A DNA stretch of 64,000 nucleotides from the NCBI GenBank assembly GCA_964570625.1, contig CAZMYW010000027.1, positions 285,510 to 349,509 of the forward strand, in the 5' to 3' direction. The translations under genes and the position numbers were made by a program. Below the pieces are notes generated by a model that worked only from the letters and a program-made list of their open reading frames with translations, did not search any database and was not told where the DNA came from. This stretch comes from an uncultured Nitrospirota bacterium. GTDB lineage: Bacteria; Nitrospirota; Nitrospiria; 2-01-FULL-66-17. Of this stretch, positions 39,119-50,117 are shown piece after piece. How positions within the stretch are numbered: the first letter of the stretch is position 1; every line of letters begins with the position of its first letter.

Positions 39119-39762
39119 GACACGGGCCTGGCGGTTTCGGCGCGGAACGCCGAAAATTTCCGGAGGAGCGAGAGCCCCAACGCCTGGCTTTTTTCGGGAT
39201 GGAACTGGCAGGCCACGACGTTTTTCCAGGCGAGTACGGACGCGAATCGCACGCCGTACACCGTCTCGGCCGCGACGATCTGCTGGTCATCGGGGGCCAC
39301 GTAGTAGGAGTGGACGAAATAGAAATACCCCTGGTCGGGAATCCCCGCCAGGACCTCGGGGGGCGGCCGTCGAATCGAGACCGTATTCCACCCCATGTGC
39401 GGCACTTTCAAGCCACCCATGGCGGGGGCGTCGGAGGGGAACCGCACGACGCGTCCGGGAATGACGTTCAGCCCCCGATGCCGGCCGAACTCTTCGCTTT
39501 CGGTCATGAGGAGTTGCATCCCGAGACAGATTCCCAGGAACGGCGTCCCGGCCTCGATCACCTCGCGGATCACGGGTTCGAGCCCCAGGCGATCGAGCTG
39601 TTGCATCCCGGCCTGGAACGCCCCGACGCCGGGCAACACCACACGGTCCGCCTGTCGAATGCGGGCGGGATCGCTGGTCACCTCGACGCGCGCGCCCAGT
39701 TGCTCGAAAGCCTTCTGGATGCTGCGCAGGTTGACCACTTGATAGTCGATGATCGCGATCAC
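39115..39762 (-). CDS. hisH: imidazole glycerol phosphate synthase, glutamine amidotransferase subunit
   Basis: MIAIIDYQVVNLRSIQKAF, GICLGMQLL and FHPEKS. Confidence 0.9.
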   Translation of the reverse strand: MIAIIDYQVVNLRSIQKAFEQLGARVEVTSDPARIRQADRVVLPGVGAFQAGMQQLDRLGLEPVIREVIEAGTPFLGICLGMQLLMTESEEFGRHRGLNVIPGRVVRFPSDAPAMGGLKVPHMGWNTVSIRRPPPEVLAGIPDQGYFYFVHSYYVAPDDQQIVAAETVYGVRFASVLAWKNVVACQFHPEKSQALGLSLLRKFSAFRAETARPVS

Positions 39763-40403
39763 GACTCGATCCGTCCCTTGCTCGACGGCACGCCCGCCAC
39801 GCGAGGATCGATCCGGGTCGCCTGTTCCAGCGCCCGGCCGAACGCCTTGAAAGTCGCCTCCAGCATATGGTGCGCGTTTTTTCCGTACGGCACCTCCACG
39901 TGCAGCGTCAGCCCCGCGTGGACCGAAAGCGCCTCCAAGAAGTGCTCAACCAACTGGGTGTCGAACGACTGGACTTTACGCGTGACCAGCGGCACGCGGT
40001 ACACCAGATACGGACGCCCGGAGAGGTCCACCGTGACGCGCGCCAGCGTCTCATCCATCGGCACCGCGCCGGACCCGAAGCGTCGGATCCCAATCTTGTC
40101 CCCCAATGCCTGTTTGATCGCCTGTCCCAACACGATCCCCAGATCTTCCACCGTGTGGTGATCGTCCACTTCTCGATCACCGGACGCCTTGACGTCGAGG
40201 TCCAACAGCCCGTGTTTCCCCATCACCGTGAGCATGTGGTCCAGGAACGGGATGGAGGTGGACACGCGGGTACGACCGGTCCCGTCCAGATCAAGCGTGA
40301 TCTCCACCGCTGTTTCGGCGGTCTTGCGCGACACCGCCGCCCGTCGCGAGGACGCACGGCGCTTCACCGGTCCCGAGCGTCGCGTGTCGCTGCGTGTCGC
40401 CAC
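39759..40403 (-). CDS. hisB: imidazoleglycerol-phosphate dehydratase
   Basis: DHHTVEDLGIVLGQA and HHMLEATFKAFGRAL. The start is uncertain (alternative codon near 40403 or 40367); the track ORF's N-terminus overlaps hisD. Confidence 0.85.
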   Translation of the reverse strand: MATRSDTRRSGPVKRRASSRRAAVSRKTAETAVEITLDLDGTGRTRVSTSIPFLDHMLTVMGKHGLLDLDVKASGDREVDDHHTVEDLGIVLGQAIKQALGDKIGIRRFGSGAVPMDETLARVTVDLSGRPYLVYRVPLVTRKVQSFDTQLVEHFLEALSVHAGLTLHVEVPYGKNAHHMLEATFKAFGRALEQATRIDPRVAGVPSSKGRIES

Positions 40404-40407
40404 CGGC

Positions 40408-41706
40408 TCAGTCCTCCGGGCGCATGCGGATGTCGATGGCCTGGGCGTGCGCCTCCAACCCCTCCACGCGGGCGATCTGAACGACCTTCTCCGCGAATCG
40501 ACGCAGCGCATCCTGGGAAAACGCGATCAGGCCGCTCTTCTTGGTGAAGTCATCCACCGACAGCGGAGAAAAGAACCGCGCGGTGCCGCCCGTGGGCAAC
40601 ACGTGGTTGGGGCCGGCGAAGTAATCGCCCAACGCCTGCGGGGTGTGGTGACCCAGAAACACCGATCCCGCGTTCTTCACAAATTTGAGCACCTTGTACG
40701 GCCGTTCGATCGACAACTCGAGGTGCTCCGGCGCCACGTCGTTGGCGATGCCGATCGCATCCAGGACCTCCGGCACCACCATGGCGTACCCCCGGTGTTT
40801 CAGCGAGGCCTCGGCGATCTTGCGCCGCTCCAGCTTCGGAAGTTGAAGCGCGAGTTCTTTTTGCACTTTTTTCACGAAGGCGTCCGACAGCGCCACCAGG
40901 ATCGTCCACGCGTCTTCGTCGTGTTCGGCCTGGGAGAGGATATCCGCCGCGATATGGGCGGGATGCGCCGTCTCGTCCGCGATGATGAAAATCTCGCTCG
41001 GCCCCGCCACCATATCGATGTCCACCGTGCCGTACACCAACCGCTTCGCCGTGGCGACGAACGCGTTGCCGGGCCCCACGATCTTGTCCACCCGACGGAT
41101 CGTTTTGGTGCCGTAGGCCATCGCGCCGATCGCCTGCACCCCGCCGATTCGATACACCTCATGGATACCGACCAGATCCGCGGCCACCAGGACGTAGGGA
41201 TTCATCTCGCCACGCGGCGTGGGGGTACACATCACGATCCGCTCGACGCCCGCCACCTTGGCCGGAATGCCGTTCATCAGCACCGACGACGGATACGCCG
41301 CCTTCCCGCCCGGCACATACAGGCCGGCCGAAGCGAGCGGACGTTGTTGCTGGCCCAGGGTCACCCCCGCCTCTTCGAAACTCCAGGAATGGGACTGCTG
41401 TTTGGAGTGGAACGAGTAGATACGGTCGGCCGCCATCTTGAACGCGTCCACGACCTTAGGGTCGGTCTTGGTCAACGCGGCGGCTCGCTCTTCCATCGTG
41501 ACCAAAAATCGTTTCGGCGACATCGCGATACGGTCGAATTGCTTGGTGTACCGCGACACGGCGACATCACCCTTGGCGCGGACGTCATCCAGCATCGCAC
41601 GCACCTTGTGCTCAATCCGCCGGTCCTCGGGTTCGCCGCGGTTGATGAGATTCGCCAACTCGCGCCGGCCCGCTCCGGTCTTCACTTTGATAACCTTCAT
41701 CCCCAT
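40408..41706 (-). CDS. hisD: histidinol dehydrogenase
   Basis: Length 432 aa with conserved GPGNAFVATAKR and HDEDAW-type motifs. Confidence 0.9.
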   Translation of the reverse strand: MGMKVIKVKTGAGRRELANLINRGEPEDRRIEHKVRAMLDDVRAKGDVAVSRYTKQFDRIAMSPKRFLVTMEERAAALTKTDPKVVDAFKMAADRIYSFHSKQQSHSWSFEEAGVTLGQQQRPLASAGLYVPGGKAAYPSSVLMNGIPAKVAGVERIVMCTPTPRGEMNPYVLVAADLVGIHEVYRIGGVQAIGAMAYGTKTIRRVDKIVGPGNAFVATAKRLVYGTVDIDMVAGPSEIFIIADETAHPAHIAADILSQAEHDEDAWTILVALSDAFVKKVQKELALQLPKLERRKIAEASLKHRGYAMVVPEVLDAIGIANDVAPEHLELSIERPYKVLKFVKNAGSVFLGHHTPQALGDYFAGPNHVLPTGGTARFFSPLSVDDFTKKSGLIAFSQDALRRFAEKVVQIARVEGLEAHAQAIDIRMRPED

Positions 41707-41740
41707 ATGGCGTCCTTTCCGCTTCGGTGGCTCCGGTCCC

Positions 41741-42394
41741 TCACGCGTTCGGTGGCCCGGCCGCCGAGACCCGCTCGATGAGTTCGTTAATCCCGGGGTA
41801 CTTGACCTTCATGCTGGCGCGATTCACGATCAGCCGCGCGGTCGATCGCAGGATCTCCGCGACGACCGTCAATTCGTTTTCTTCCAGGGTCTTGCCCGTC
41901 GACACGAGGTCCACGATGCTTTCGGCGAGCCCGATCCGTGGAGCGAGTTCCACCGCGCCGGACAGCTTGACGAGTTCGACCGCCAACCCGCGCTGCGAAA
42001 AATAGCGTTCCGCAATAGCCGGATATTTGGTGGCCACGCGGCACGTTCCGGTCCGCGGGACGCCCCGGGGGCCGACGGGTTTTTTCGGCTCGGCCCACAC
42101 CACGCGACACACGCCGTACCCCAGATCCACGGGCTCGTACACTTCCTTGGGATGCTCGAGCAACACGTCTTTCCCCGCGATTCCCACGTCGGCCGCGCCG
42201 TACTCCACGTAGGTGGGCACGTCGACGGCGCGCACGATCATCACCGACACGCCCGCGTCGTCGGTTCGAAACAACAACTGTCGCGTGTCGCGCGTGAGCC
42301 CCTTGGGACGGATGCCGAGGCGGGCGAACCGCTCGACGGTCGGCTCCAACAACCGTCCCTTGGGAAACGCGATGACCAGGGGCGCGCGGGTCAC
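41741..42394 (-). CDS. hisG: ATP phosphoribosyltransferase
   Basis: [36 protein letters not shown] and the C-terminal regulatory domain. Confidence 0.9.
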   Translation of the reverse strand: MTRAPLVIAFPKGRLLEPTVERFARLGIRPKGLTRDTRQLLFRTDDAGVSVMIVRAVDVPTYVEYGAADVGIAGKDVLLEHPKEVYEPVDLGYGVCRVVWAEPKKPVGPRGVPRTGTCRVATKYPAIAERYFSQRGLAVELVKLSGAVELAPRIGLAESIVDLVSTGKTLEENELTVVAEILRSTARLIVNRASMKVKYPGINELIERVSAAGPPNA

Positions 42395-43653
42395 GCCGCC
42401 TCACGAACGCGTCGAATCACGGCTCCCACGCGGGTCAACTTTTCCTCCATCTGTTCGTACCCCCGGTCGAGGTGGTACACGCGGGAGATGGTGGTCTCGC
42501 CCTCCGCCGCAAGGCCCGCGACCACCAAACACGCGCTCGCGCGCAGATCGGACGCCATGACGGGCGCGCCGCTCAGCCGCGGCACGCCGCGCACCACCGC
42601 GTGGTTGCCCTCCACCCGGATCGAGGCGCCCATGCGTTTCAACTCCGCGACGTGCGTCATCCGGTTTTCAAACACCGTCTCGGTCACCACGCTCGCGCCG
42701 TTGGCCAGGGTCAACACCGCCATCATCTGCGCCTGCATGTCGGTGGGAAATCCGGGATACGGGGCGGTGGTGAAATCCACCCCGCGCAGCGGTCGCGAGC
42801 GCACTACACGCAGTCCGCTCGCATCGGCCGTCACGTCGGCGCCCGCCTCGCGAAGCTTGGCCAGCGCGGCATCGAGATGCCCGGCCACCGCGCCCCGCAA
42901 CAAGACGTCCCCGCCCGTGATCGCCGCCGCCGTCAAATACGTGCCGGTCTCGATCCGGTCCGCCATCACCCGGTACCGGCCCCCGCGGAGCGCGGTTACG
43001 CCTTCAACCGTAATCACGTCCGTCCCCGCTCCGCTGATCTTGGCGCCGCGGGCGATCAACGCGTCGGCCAAGTCGATCACTTCGGGCTCGCGCGCCGCGT
43101 GTTCGATCGTGGTCTTGCCCTCCGCCAGCGTGGCGGCCATGAGCAGATTTTCCGTACCCGTGACGCTCGGGAGATCCAACGCGACACGCGCACCGCGGAG
43201 CTTGCCGGCCTTGACACGGATATACCCGTGTTGGATCGACACTTGCGCGCCCATTCGTTCCAGCCCTTCGAGATGCAGGTTGACCGGACGCGCGCCGATC
43301 GCGCAGCCGCCGGGCAACGACACGCTGGCTTCGCCGCCCCGCGCCACGAGCGGACCCAACACCAGAATCGACGCGCGCATGGTCTTCACCAGCTCGTACG
43401 GCGCGTCAGTCGCGGACAGCGAGGGCGTCGTCACCCCCACCGTTCCCGCGCCGTCGTCGTACGTCCGCGCACCCAGATGGCGAAGCAGCGAAAGAATCGT
43501 CGTCACGTCCCGGAGTCGGGGGACGTTCGAAAACACGCACTCCTCCTCGCTGAGCAACGCCGAAGCGAGCAACGGCAGCGCCGCGTTTTTGGCTCCGCTG
43601 ATGGGAATCTCGCCGGCCAGGGGACGGCCGCCCTGCACCACGATGACGTCCAT
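42391..43653 (-). CDS. murA: UDP-N-acetylglucosamine 1-carboxyvinyltransferase
   Basis: [31 protein letters not shown] and the [10 protein letters not shown] active-site Cys loop. Confidence 0.9.
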   Translation of the reverse strand: MDVIVVQGGRPLAGEIPISGAKNAALPLLASALLSEEECVFSNVPRLRDVTTILSLLRHLGARTYDDGAGTVGVTTPSLSATDAPYELVKTMRASILVLGPLVARGGEASVSLPGGCAIGARPVNLHLEGLERMGAQVSIQHGYIRVKAGKLRGARVALDLPSVTGTENLLMAATLAEGKTTIEHAAREPEVIDLADALIARGAKISGAGTDVITVEGVTALRGGRYRVMADRIETGTYLTAAAITGGDVLLRGAVAGHLDAALAKLREAGADVTADASGLRVVRSRPLRGVDFTTAPYPGFPTDMQAQMMAVLTLANGASVVTETVFENRMTHVAELKRMGASIRVEGNHAVVRGVPRLSGAPVMASDLRASACLVVAGLAAEGETTISRVYHLDRGYEQMEEKLTRVGAVIRRVREAA

Positions 43654-44543
43654 CAGATCGGCCGAGCCAAGGTCATGATCCGTGGGATCCCGTTAAAGTC
43701 TGCGTCGAGTCGTTCGATCACGAATCCCCCGCGCTCCGCGAGCGCCCGCACCGCTTCCGCCTGACCGAACCCCAGCTCCAGCACGACCCGCCCCCGCGGC
43801 GCGAGCACGGCGGTCACCTCGGCGACGATGCGACGGTAATACCGCAACCCATCGGGACCGCCGCGCAACGCGCCTTCCGGCTCGAAGCGGACCTCGGGCT
43901 GCACACGCTCGTAGTCGTGATCCGCGACGTACGGCGGGTTCGACACCGCCACATCCACCCGGATCTCCTGTTGCGCAAGCGGGGCGAACAGGTCGCCTTC
44001 GAGAAATCGCACGCGCGTCGCCAATCCCAGCCGTTCTGCATTATCCCGCGCCACGCGGAGCGCGGCAGGTGAGTGATCCACCGCGTACACCGCGGCATCG
44101 TGCCGCGTCGCAGCCACGGCCAGCGCGAGGCACCCGCTGCCCGTGCCCAGATCCGCCACCACCGGGTGCGGCACACTCGCCACCGCGTCCAGGACCGCCG
44201 CCACCGCCCCTTCCGTTTCAGGCCGCGGGATCAATACGTCGGGCGTGACCGTCAGATCCAGGCCGTAAAAGGTTTCCCGGCCGATCACATACTGAAGCGG
44301 TTCACGACGCGCCCGGCGCCGCACCACCGCGACGAAACGGTCGCGCTCCTCGTGGGTTAGCGGCAGCCGAGGTTCGAGGTACGCGGCGTGACGCGGGGCG
44401 CCCAACACCTCCGCCAGCAGCGCTTCGGCCTCCAGCCGCGGCGCGTCCAGCTCCGCACGCGCCAACAGACCGCTCGCCCACCGGACAGCGCCCGATCGGG
44501 AGAGAGGCCTTACAGTCGCTGGAGTTGCGCGGTCTGTGTCCAT
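43653..44543 (-). CDS. prmC: release factor glutamine N5-methyltransferase (HemK)
   Basis: The NPPY motif (VSNPPYV) and SAM-binding [11 protein letters not shown]. The start is uncertain; the track ORF runs to 44564. Confidence 0.8.
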   Translation of the reverse strand: MDTDRATPATVRPLSRSGAVRWASGLLARAELDAPRLEAEALLAEVLGAPRHAAYLEPRLPLTHEERDRFVAVVRRRARREPLQYVIGRETFYGLDLTVTPDVLIPRPETEGAVAAVLDAVASVPHPVVADLGTGSGCLALAVAATRHDAAVYAVDHSPAALRVARDNAERLGLATRVRFLEGDLFAPLAQQEIRVDVAVSNPPYVADHDYERVQPEVRFEPEGALRGGPDGLRYYRRIVAEVTAVLAPRGRVVLELGFGQAEAVRALAERGGFVIERLDADFNGIPRIMTLARPI

Positions 44544-45598
44544 ACCTGGAGCGCCTCGATACACTCGTCGAGATCCCCGCCGAGCACTTGGTCCAACCGG
44601 TGCAACGTCAGGCCGATCCGGTGGTCGGTGACCCGATTCTGCGGGAAGTTGTAAGTTCGGATCTTTTCACTGCGCTCCCCGCTCCCCACCTGCGCCTTGC
44701 GGTCTCTGGCGATTTGCGCCTCCTGGCGTTCCCGCTCGACTTCCACCAAACGCGATCGCAGGATGCGCATCGCTTTCACGCGGTTCTTCAGCTGCGACCG
44801 TTCGTCCTGACAACTGACCACGGTGCCGGTCGGAATATGAGTGATCCGGACCGCTGAATACGTCGTGTTCACGCTTTGACCACCCGGTCCCGAGGAACAG
44901 AACGTGTCGACACGCAGGTCCTTGGGTTCGATGTGATACTCGACTTCCTCCACCTCGGGGATCACGGCTACCGTCACCGTAGAGGTGTGAATGCGCCCGC
45001 CCGCCTCGGTGACCGGCACACGCTGCACCCGGTGGACTCCGCTCTCGAACTTCAGGCGGCTATACGCCCCTTTGCCCTCGATCAGCATGATGGCCTCCTT
45101 CATGCCGCCGATACCCGTTTCATTGGTCGAGACCATCTCCATCCGCCACCGGTGCGCTTCCGCATACTTCCCGTACATGCGAAACAGTTCGGCGGCAAAC
45201 AGCGCCGCCTCGCTGCCCCCGGTTCCGGCGCGAATTTCCAGAAAAATATTCTTGTCGTCGCGCGGATCTTTCGGCAGCAACGCCAGACGCAGGGATTCCT
45301 GCACCGCGAGCCTCTTGGGTTCCAGCGTCCGGACCTCTTCAAGAGCCAACTCGCGAAACGTCGGTTCGGTGCGGGAATCAGCGGCCATACGCCCGGCCTG
45401 CTCCAACTCGTTGAGGAGCGCGCGATAGTCCTCGTACTGGCCGACGATATCGGCCAGATCGGCCCGCTCCTTCGACAGCCGCTGCACCGCCTGATGGTCG
45501 CCGACCACGGACGGGTCCCCGAGGCTTCGCTCGATCTCGGCGAATCGCGCGGCGAGGGCTTCGAGCCTGCCGATGAGTGGGTCGGCCTGTTGAGTCAC
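44510..45598 (-). CDS. prfA: peptide chain release factor 1
   Basis: GGQ (SGPGGQSVNTT) and PAT-type (PVT here) decoding motifs. Start chosen at the GTG that yields an RF1-length protein of 362 aa. The track ORF starts at 45664. Confidence 0.85.
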   Translation of the reverse strand: MTQQADPLIGRLEALAARFAEIERSLGDPSVVGDHQAVQRLSKERADLADIVGQYEDYRALLNELEQAGRMAADSRTEPTFRELALEEVRTLEPKRLAVQESLRLALLPKDPRDDKNIFLEIRAGTGGSEAALFAAELFRMYGKYAEAHRWRMEMVSTNETGIGGMKEAIMLIEGKGAYSRLKFESGVHRVQRVPVTEAGGRIHTSTVTVAVIPEVEEVEYHIEPKDLRVDTFCSSGPGGQSVNTTYSAVRITHIPTGTVVSCQDERSQLKNRVKAMRILRSRLVEVERERQEAQIARDRKAQVGSGERSEKIRTYNFPQNRVTDHRIGLTLHRLDQVLGGDLDECIEALQVWTQTAQLQRL

Positions 45599-45679
45599 GG
45601 AAAACACGGACGTCGAAATGCCACGGGGGGTGGGGACGACCTGACGGAGGCGTGCCCCAACCACGGAGGCCGTTGGCCG

Positions 45680-45886
45680 TTATTTTTTGCCGGTGCCGTA
45701 CTTTTTCCGGAACCGCTCGACGCGGCCTTCGGTGTCGATGATCTTCTGCGTCCCGGTGAAGAACGGATGGCATAACGCGCAAATCTCCACGCGAATGTCC
45801 TTGACGGTCGATCGCGTCCGCAGCACACTTCCGCAGGCGCAGGAGATACTGGCCTCTTGATAAGTAGGATGGATATCAGTTTTCAC
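45680..45886 (-). CDS. rpmE: 50S ribosomal protein L31
   Basis: [20 protein letters not shown]...[10 protein letters not shown]. Confidence 0.9.
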   Translation of the reverse strand: MKTDIHPTYQEASISCACGSVLRTRSTVKDIRVEICALCHPFFTGTQKIIDTEGRVERFRKKYGTGKK

Positions 45887-46078
45887 CGGATCACGCTCCG
45901 ATCTTTTTGAAATTACAAACGAATCTCAGCAAGTTTCCCCTAAATTAGCCGGGGTATTATACCGTGTTGGCCCGTCGTTTACAAGGGAAACATCCAAAGG
46001 GCCTGCAAAAACCCGCCACCGATCACGGAGGGCCCATCGCTTGCGTCGGTTCCAGGCCGTGTGTTACCCTTCACACTT

Positions 46079-47077
46079 ATGTGGCGATTCCTCGTCGCGC
46101 TTGCCGCGTGGGTCACCATCCTCCCGGCCTGTACGCGCGGCGAACCCACGGTCATCGCCGTGGCGGTTCACCCCACGAACCCCCAAATCGTCTACGCGTC
46201 CTCCAGCAAAGGCGTGTTCAAGACCCGAGACGGGACCGCGACGTGGGCTCCCCTCAATGAAGGGCTCGAACATTCCCAAGTCCTCGCATTTGCGATTGAT
46301 CGTACCGCCACATCCACGATCTACGCCGGCACCTTTGCCAACGCCATCTATAAGAGCAACGACGGCGGCCAACAGTGGCGGCCGGCCAATGTAGGGATGA
46401 AAGAGCACGTTTCAGTGGTTAATGCCTTTGCGATCTACCCGCGAAACTCCCAGGAGATCTATGCGGCCACCACCGTGGGGGTATTCCGGAGCACGGACGG
46501 CGGAAACCTCTGGGTGGAAACGGTCCATGGCATGGAGAGCGTGTACGTGGTCGCGATCGCGTTCGACCCCCAAACGCCTGATATCCTGTACGCAGGCACG
46601 AGCGGTGGGATGTATAAGAGCCGCGACCGGGGGTCGCGCTGGGAGATTGTCAACCAAGGCCTGATCGAGAGAGCGGTGGGCTCTGCCATGAAGTTGGGAG
46701 TGAACGCCATTTCCGTGAACCCGGACCAGCCCGACAATCTGGTGATCGCCACCGGCAAGGGGATCTACCTCAGCCACAACGGCGGAGGCTCCTGGGAGTC
46801 ACGCACCACGGGCTCGTCGGTGCCCTTTACGACCTCGCTTCAGCGGGACCCAGCCGATGGCGCGCGCCTGTACGCCGGCGGAGACAGCGGGGTGTTCATC
46901 AGCACCGATGGCGGCAACACCTGGGGGCCGGTGAGCACCGAACCACGGCCCGGCGTGGTGCGCGCGCTGGCCGTTGATCCAACCACCCCGGGTGTCGTGT
47001 ACGCGGGCACACAACGCGGGTTGCTCAAGAGCACCGACAGCGGAGGGACGTGGGTCCAAATCGAAGGCTTGCGGTAG
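46079..47077 (+). CDS. BNR/Asp-box repeat beta-propeller lipoprotein (Ycf48-like)
   Basis: Lipoprotein signal (ILPAC) and repeated S-x-D-x-G-x-T-W-like Asp-boxes (SNDGGQQW, STDGGNLW, SRDRGSRW, SHNGGGSW, STDGGNTW, STDSGGTW). Confidence 0.75.
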   Translation: MWRFLVALAAWVTILPACTRGEPTVIAVAVHPTNPQIVYASSSKGVFKTRDGTATWAPLNEGLEHSQVLAFAIDRTATSTIYAGTFANAIYKSNDGGQQWRPANVGMKEHVSVVNAFAIYPRNSQEIYAATTVGVFRSTDGGNLWVETVHGMESVYVVAIAFDPQTPDILYAGTSGGMYKSRDRGSRWEIVNQGLIERAVGSAMKLGVNAISVNPDQPDNLVIATGKGIYLSHNGGGSWESRTTGSSVPFTTSLQRDPADGARLYAGGDSGVFISTDGGNTWGPVSTEPRPGVVRALAVDPTTPGVVYAGTQRGLLKSTDSGGTWVQIEGLR

Positions 47078-47703
47078 TTTCGGTCCTCACCGTCACCGCG
47101 CTCTTGCTCGCCGCGGGCAAGCCGGCACACGGCGAGATCGAACGCCCCCACTCCCTCGCGTTCAAAGTCGGCTATCACGTGTATCCGGACAGCACCTACT
47201 TCGACGCCACCGAGGTGGCTGGAGCTGGCCTCGGAGGCTCCGCGGATTTGTCCGGGCAGAGCCTCGAGCTGTTCGACTACACCTACCAGTGGCCTTCCCG
47301 GTGGAGTCTGAACGCCTCCCTGGTGGGCGGGTACTACCAGGAGTACGTTCCCAACCTGACCGGGCAACATTCGATCTTTGTCCATACCATCACCGTGACG
47401 CCGGTGTATCGACTCGCCGGATCAGACCGGATCGGCGCATGGCAGATCTACAGCGGCGTGGGACTAGGCCGATATGGATCGACCATCCGCTTCGATTCCG
47501 GCGGTGGAAGCAACGAGTACAATACCTACACGTTGGGATACCAAGCGCTGCTCGGCGCGGAGTATCGATACAACGAGCAGACCGGGTTTCTGTTGGAACA
47601 AAAGTTTTCGCGCGCGCGAGTACGATTCGGATCCGAGCTCGGGGACCTGGAAATCGACCTCGGGGGCTTCAACGTGCTGGTCGGCGTCCGAATCCACTTC
47701 TAA
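47050..47703 (+). CDS. small outer-membrane beta-barrel protein (OmpW/opacity-like), C-terminal Phe
   Basis: Signal peptide with an RR n-region and AHG cleavage site. Alternating hydrophobic strands. Ends ..VRIHF. GTG start overlaps the previous gene by 28 nt. Confidence 0.65.
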   Translation: MGPNRRLAVVSVLTVTALLLAAGKPAHGEIERPHSLAFKVGYHVYPDSTYFDATEVAGAGLGGSADLSGQSLELFDYTYQWPSRWSLNASLVGGYYQEYVPNLTGQHSIFVHTITVTPVYRLAGSDRIGAWQIYSGVGLGRYGSTIRFDSGGGSNEYNTYTLGYQALLGAEYRYNEQTGFLLEQKFSRARVRFGSELGDLEIDLGGFNVLVGVRIHF

Positions 47704-47724
47704 CCCGTTGTCCGATCGGTTCGA

Positions 47725-48141
47725 CTACAGCGCCTCGGCATGACCGGCGCCGCGACGGACCTGACTCAGGGCCCTCCGCGCGTGAGTTAGCGCGTCTTCT
47801 CCCCGCCCCTGTCCCCCGGCGTCGACCACCTTCTCGGCATCCTCGATCGCTTGCCGCACGTGGTCGGCCGCGTCTCGCGCATGGCGGTTACCCGGCTGAG
47901 GCAAACTCGCAAGAGCCCGTTCACCAGATTCCATCACTCGCTGAGCATCCATGACCATGCGGTCGAGATCGCGGCGATCGCCGCTGTCGACCATGGCCTG
48001 GGCGGCGGACATCATCTCGCTGATGGCGCGGCGAACTCCATCGGGGTCGCCCGCCCACGCCCAGCCGACGACGGACAGCCACGCCGCGATCGCCGTGATG
48101 AGACCACACCGAACGTTCGGTGAAATCGGGATCACCGTCAT
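47725..48141 (-). CDS. hypothetical periplasmic protein
   Basis: Signal peptide. A helical, Ala/Asp/Arg-rich product of 138 aa. Confidence 0.45.
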   Translation of the reverse strand: MTVIPISPNVRCGLITAIAAWLSVVGWAWAGDPDGVRRAISEMMSAAQAMVDSGDRRDLDRMVMDAQRVMESGERALASLPQPGNRHARDAADHVRQAIEDAEKVVDAGGQGRGEDALTHARRALSQVRRGAGHAEAL

Positions 48142-50117
48142 CAGCGCAGGCTGAAGAACCCCCGTTTCGGCACCAAGCTGATGCCCACGAAAACCCCGTG
48201 CTCAAGCGACCCCGCCATGATCAAGCCGCGATCCGTCATCGACACGGTTTCGAACGCCGCGGCCGGAAACGCCCCCTGCGTCGGTTTCCATTCGCGGCCG
48301 CCGTCGCTCCACCACACACCGCCGCTGGTTGCGACGACCACCACGTCATCGCGGCCGCCCGCGTCGAGCGCCAGCGCCCGTATCGCGACTCCGCTGGGAA
48401 GACCGGACCCGACCGGCGCCCACCGCGTCGAAGCCCCCTGTTGCTGATACACGGTTCGGTCGGTCCACGCGTACACCGAGCGGCCGACCGCCACCCCGAG
48501 AAACGCCTCCGACGCCGCAGGGACGCCGAGGGAGACCCACCGATTGGCGTCGTCTCGCTTGAAGACCTCGCCGCGCTCGGTCAGCGCAATGACCCGCCCT
48601 TCCGGGGTCAGCGCCACGTGTCGCACCTGGCCCGCTGACGGCTCCAGCGGGATCGCCGTCCACTCCACGGCTCCGGGACCCCGCGCAAACAGACCGGACG
48701 AGGTCAGCCCGTACAATCGATCGGCGCTCTCCGCAAATGAGATCGGAGAGCCCGACAACCCGTCGACGTCGGGAACCCAGCGGCTTTTCTCCCAGTCGGC
48801 TCGATAGATGACCTCGGGGGTCGCGGCGTATGGCACGCCGGTGGAATCGACGGCCAGGGCGCGGATGGTCCGCAAGTCGATGCCGTCGTTGAACGGTCCC
48901 CAACTTCGGCCCCCGTCTTTACTGCGATACAGACCGTTGGTACGAGTCCCGGCGAACAACCCTCGCCGGGGATCAGCGGCCAGTGCGCTCACTCCGGGAA
49001 ACAACAGCCCGTGTTCAATCGTCAGCCACGCCCCTTTGGAGTCTCGCAGATCGCGCACCGCCACGCCCCCCGACGTTCCGGCATACAAGATCCCGTCTCG
49101 GGCCAACAACAGGCTCTGCACGTTCGTGTTCGGCATGCCCTGACTGATCGAGTCCCAGCGCCGGCCGCCGTTCACGCTCTGAAATACGCCCTCCCCGGTG
49201 CCCACATAGACTGCGTCAGACCCCACGACCAGACCCCGGATCGAGAGATTGGTCAGCCCTTCGTTGGCCGCGATCCAGTGACGGCCCTGGTCGGTGGTTC
49301 TGAACACGCCCCCTCCGAAGCTCCCGGCATACACCACCCCCGCTCGATCGACGGCGAGCACGCGGATGAAGTTCTCCCGCAGGCCGCGCTCATCGGACAT
49401 CCCTTCGTTGATCGCTCGCCATTTGGTGCCTTGATCGACGCTGGCGAACAGGCCATTGCCGCCGGTTCCGGTGTAGAGCGTCCCATCGAGCCCGAGGGCG
49501 AGCGATCGCGCGAGCATCGTCTCCAATCCACGGTTGATCGGCGTCCAGCGACGTCCGCGGTCTGTGCTCTTGAACACACCGGAACCCGTGCCGGCGTACA
49601 GCAGTCCGGCCCGGGGATCGTGGAGGATCGAGGTCACCTGTTCAAGCCCGATGCCTTCCCCGCTCGCCACCCAGCGGCGCCCCCCGTCTTCGCTCCGGAA
49701 CATTCCGCCCTGAATGGTTCCGGCAAACACCGTCCCCTCCGGCGTCACCGTCAGGGTCATCAGAAACCGATCCGATGGGCCCTGCTCGGCCGGAATCCAC
49801 CGCTCCGCGCCCGGGAGTTTGGTATACACGCCGTCCCCGAACGTCCCGGCGTAGATGGTCCCGTCAGCCCCTTCAGCCAACGCTTGAACGCTCCCCGCGG
49901 TGACGGGACCGTTCGTTTGGTACAAGGTCACGTCACCGGTCGCAGGCGGCTGGTAGCCCTCCTCACGGGTAAGATATTCGAACGGCTCCAGCATCTTGCC
50001 GTCGCCGGTCTGTTCACACCCCTGCGGCTGCCCGCCCATCGCCACTCCGACAGCCAGCACCGCCCCCCAGAATCGCGTACGCACTGTGTGCTCCCTCCCG
50101 CTTACCGTTCCGTCCAC
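48141..50117 (-). CDS. large BNR/Asp-box repeat beta-propeller protein
   Basis: At least 10 Asp-box-like repeats (SEDGGRRW, STDRGRRW, SVDQGTKW, TTDQGRHW, SVNGGRRW, SKDGGRSW ...). Paralog of the 46079 gene. Confidence 0.75.
   Translation of the reverse strand: MDGTVSGREHTVRTRFWGAVLAVGVAMGGQPQGCEQTGDGKMLEPFEYLTREEGYQPPATGDVTLYQTNGPVTAGSVQALAEGADGTIYAGTFGDGVYTKLPGAERWIPAEQGPSDRFLMTLTVTPEGTVFAGTIQGGMFRSEDGGRRWVASGEGIGLEQVTSILHDPRAGLLYAGTGSGVFKSTDRGRRWTPINRGLETMLARSLALGLDGTLYTGTGGNGLFASVDQGTKWRAINEGMSDERGLRENFIRVLAVDRAGVVYAGSFGGGVFRTTDQGRHWIAANEGLTNLSIRGLVVGSDAVYVGTGEGVFQSVNGGRRWDSISQGMPNTNVQSLLLARDGILYAGTSGGVAVRDLRDSKGAWLTIEHGLLFPGVSALAADPRRGLFAGTRTNGLYRSKDGGRSWGPFNDGIDLRTIRALAVDSTGVPYAATPEVIYRADWEKSRWVPDVDGLSGSPISFAESADRLYGLTSSGLFARGPGAVEWTAIPLEPSAGQVRHVALTPEGRVIALTERGEVFKRDDANRWVSLGVPAASEAFLGVAVGRSVYAWTDRTVYQQQGASTRWAPVGSGLPSGVAIRALALDAGGRDDVVVVATSGGVWWSDGGREWKPTQGAFPAAAFETVSMTDRGLIMAGSLEHGVFVGISLVPKRGFFSLR

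Noticed and set aside
41438-43678. 746-aa + strand ORF; likewise the other long + ORFs 3146..4375, 13010..14176, 34121..35137, 40189..41781, 49011..50516 and 57452..59296
   Set aside because: Each lies entirely antisense to a gene with clear homology (murA/hisG, ald, bcsA, dnaG, hisD, BNR protein, peptidase-hydrolase). Translations are Arg/Pro/Ala/Gly low-complexity, as is typical of GC-rich antisense frames.
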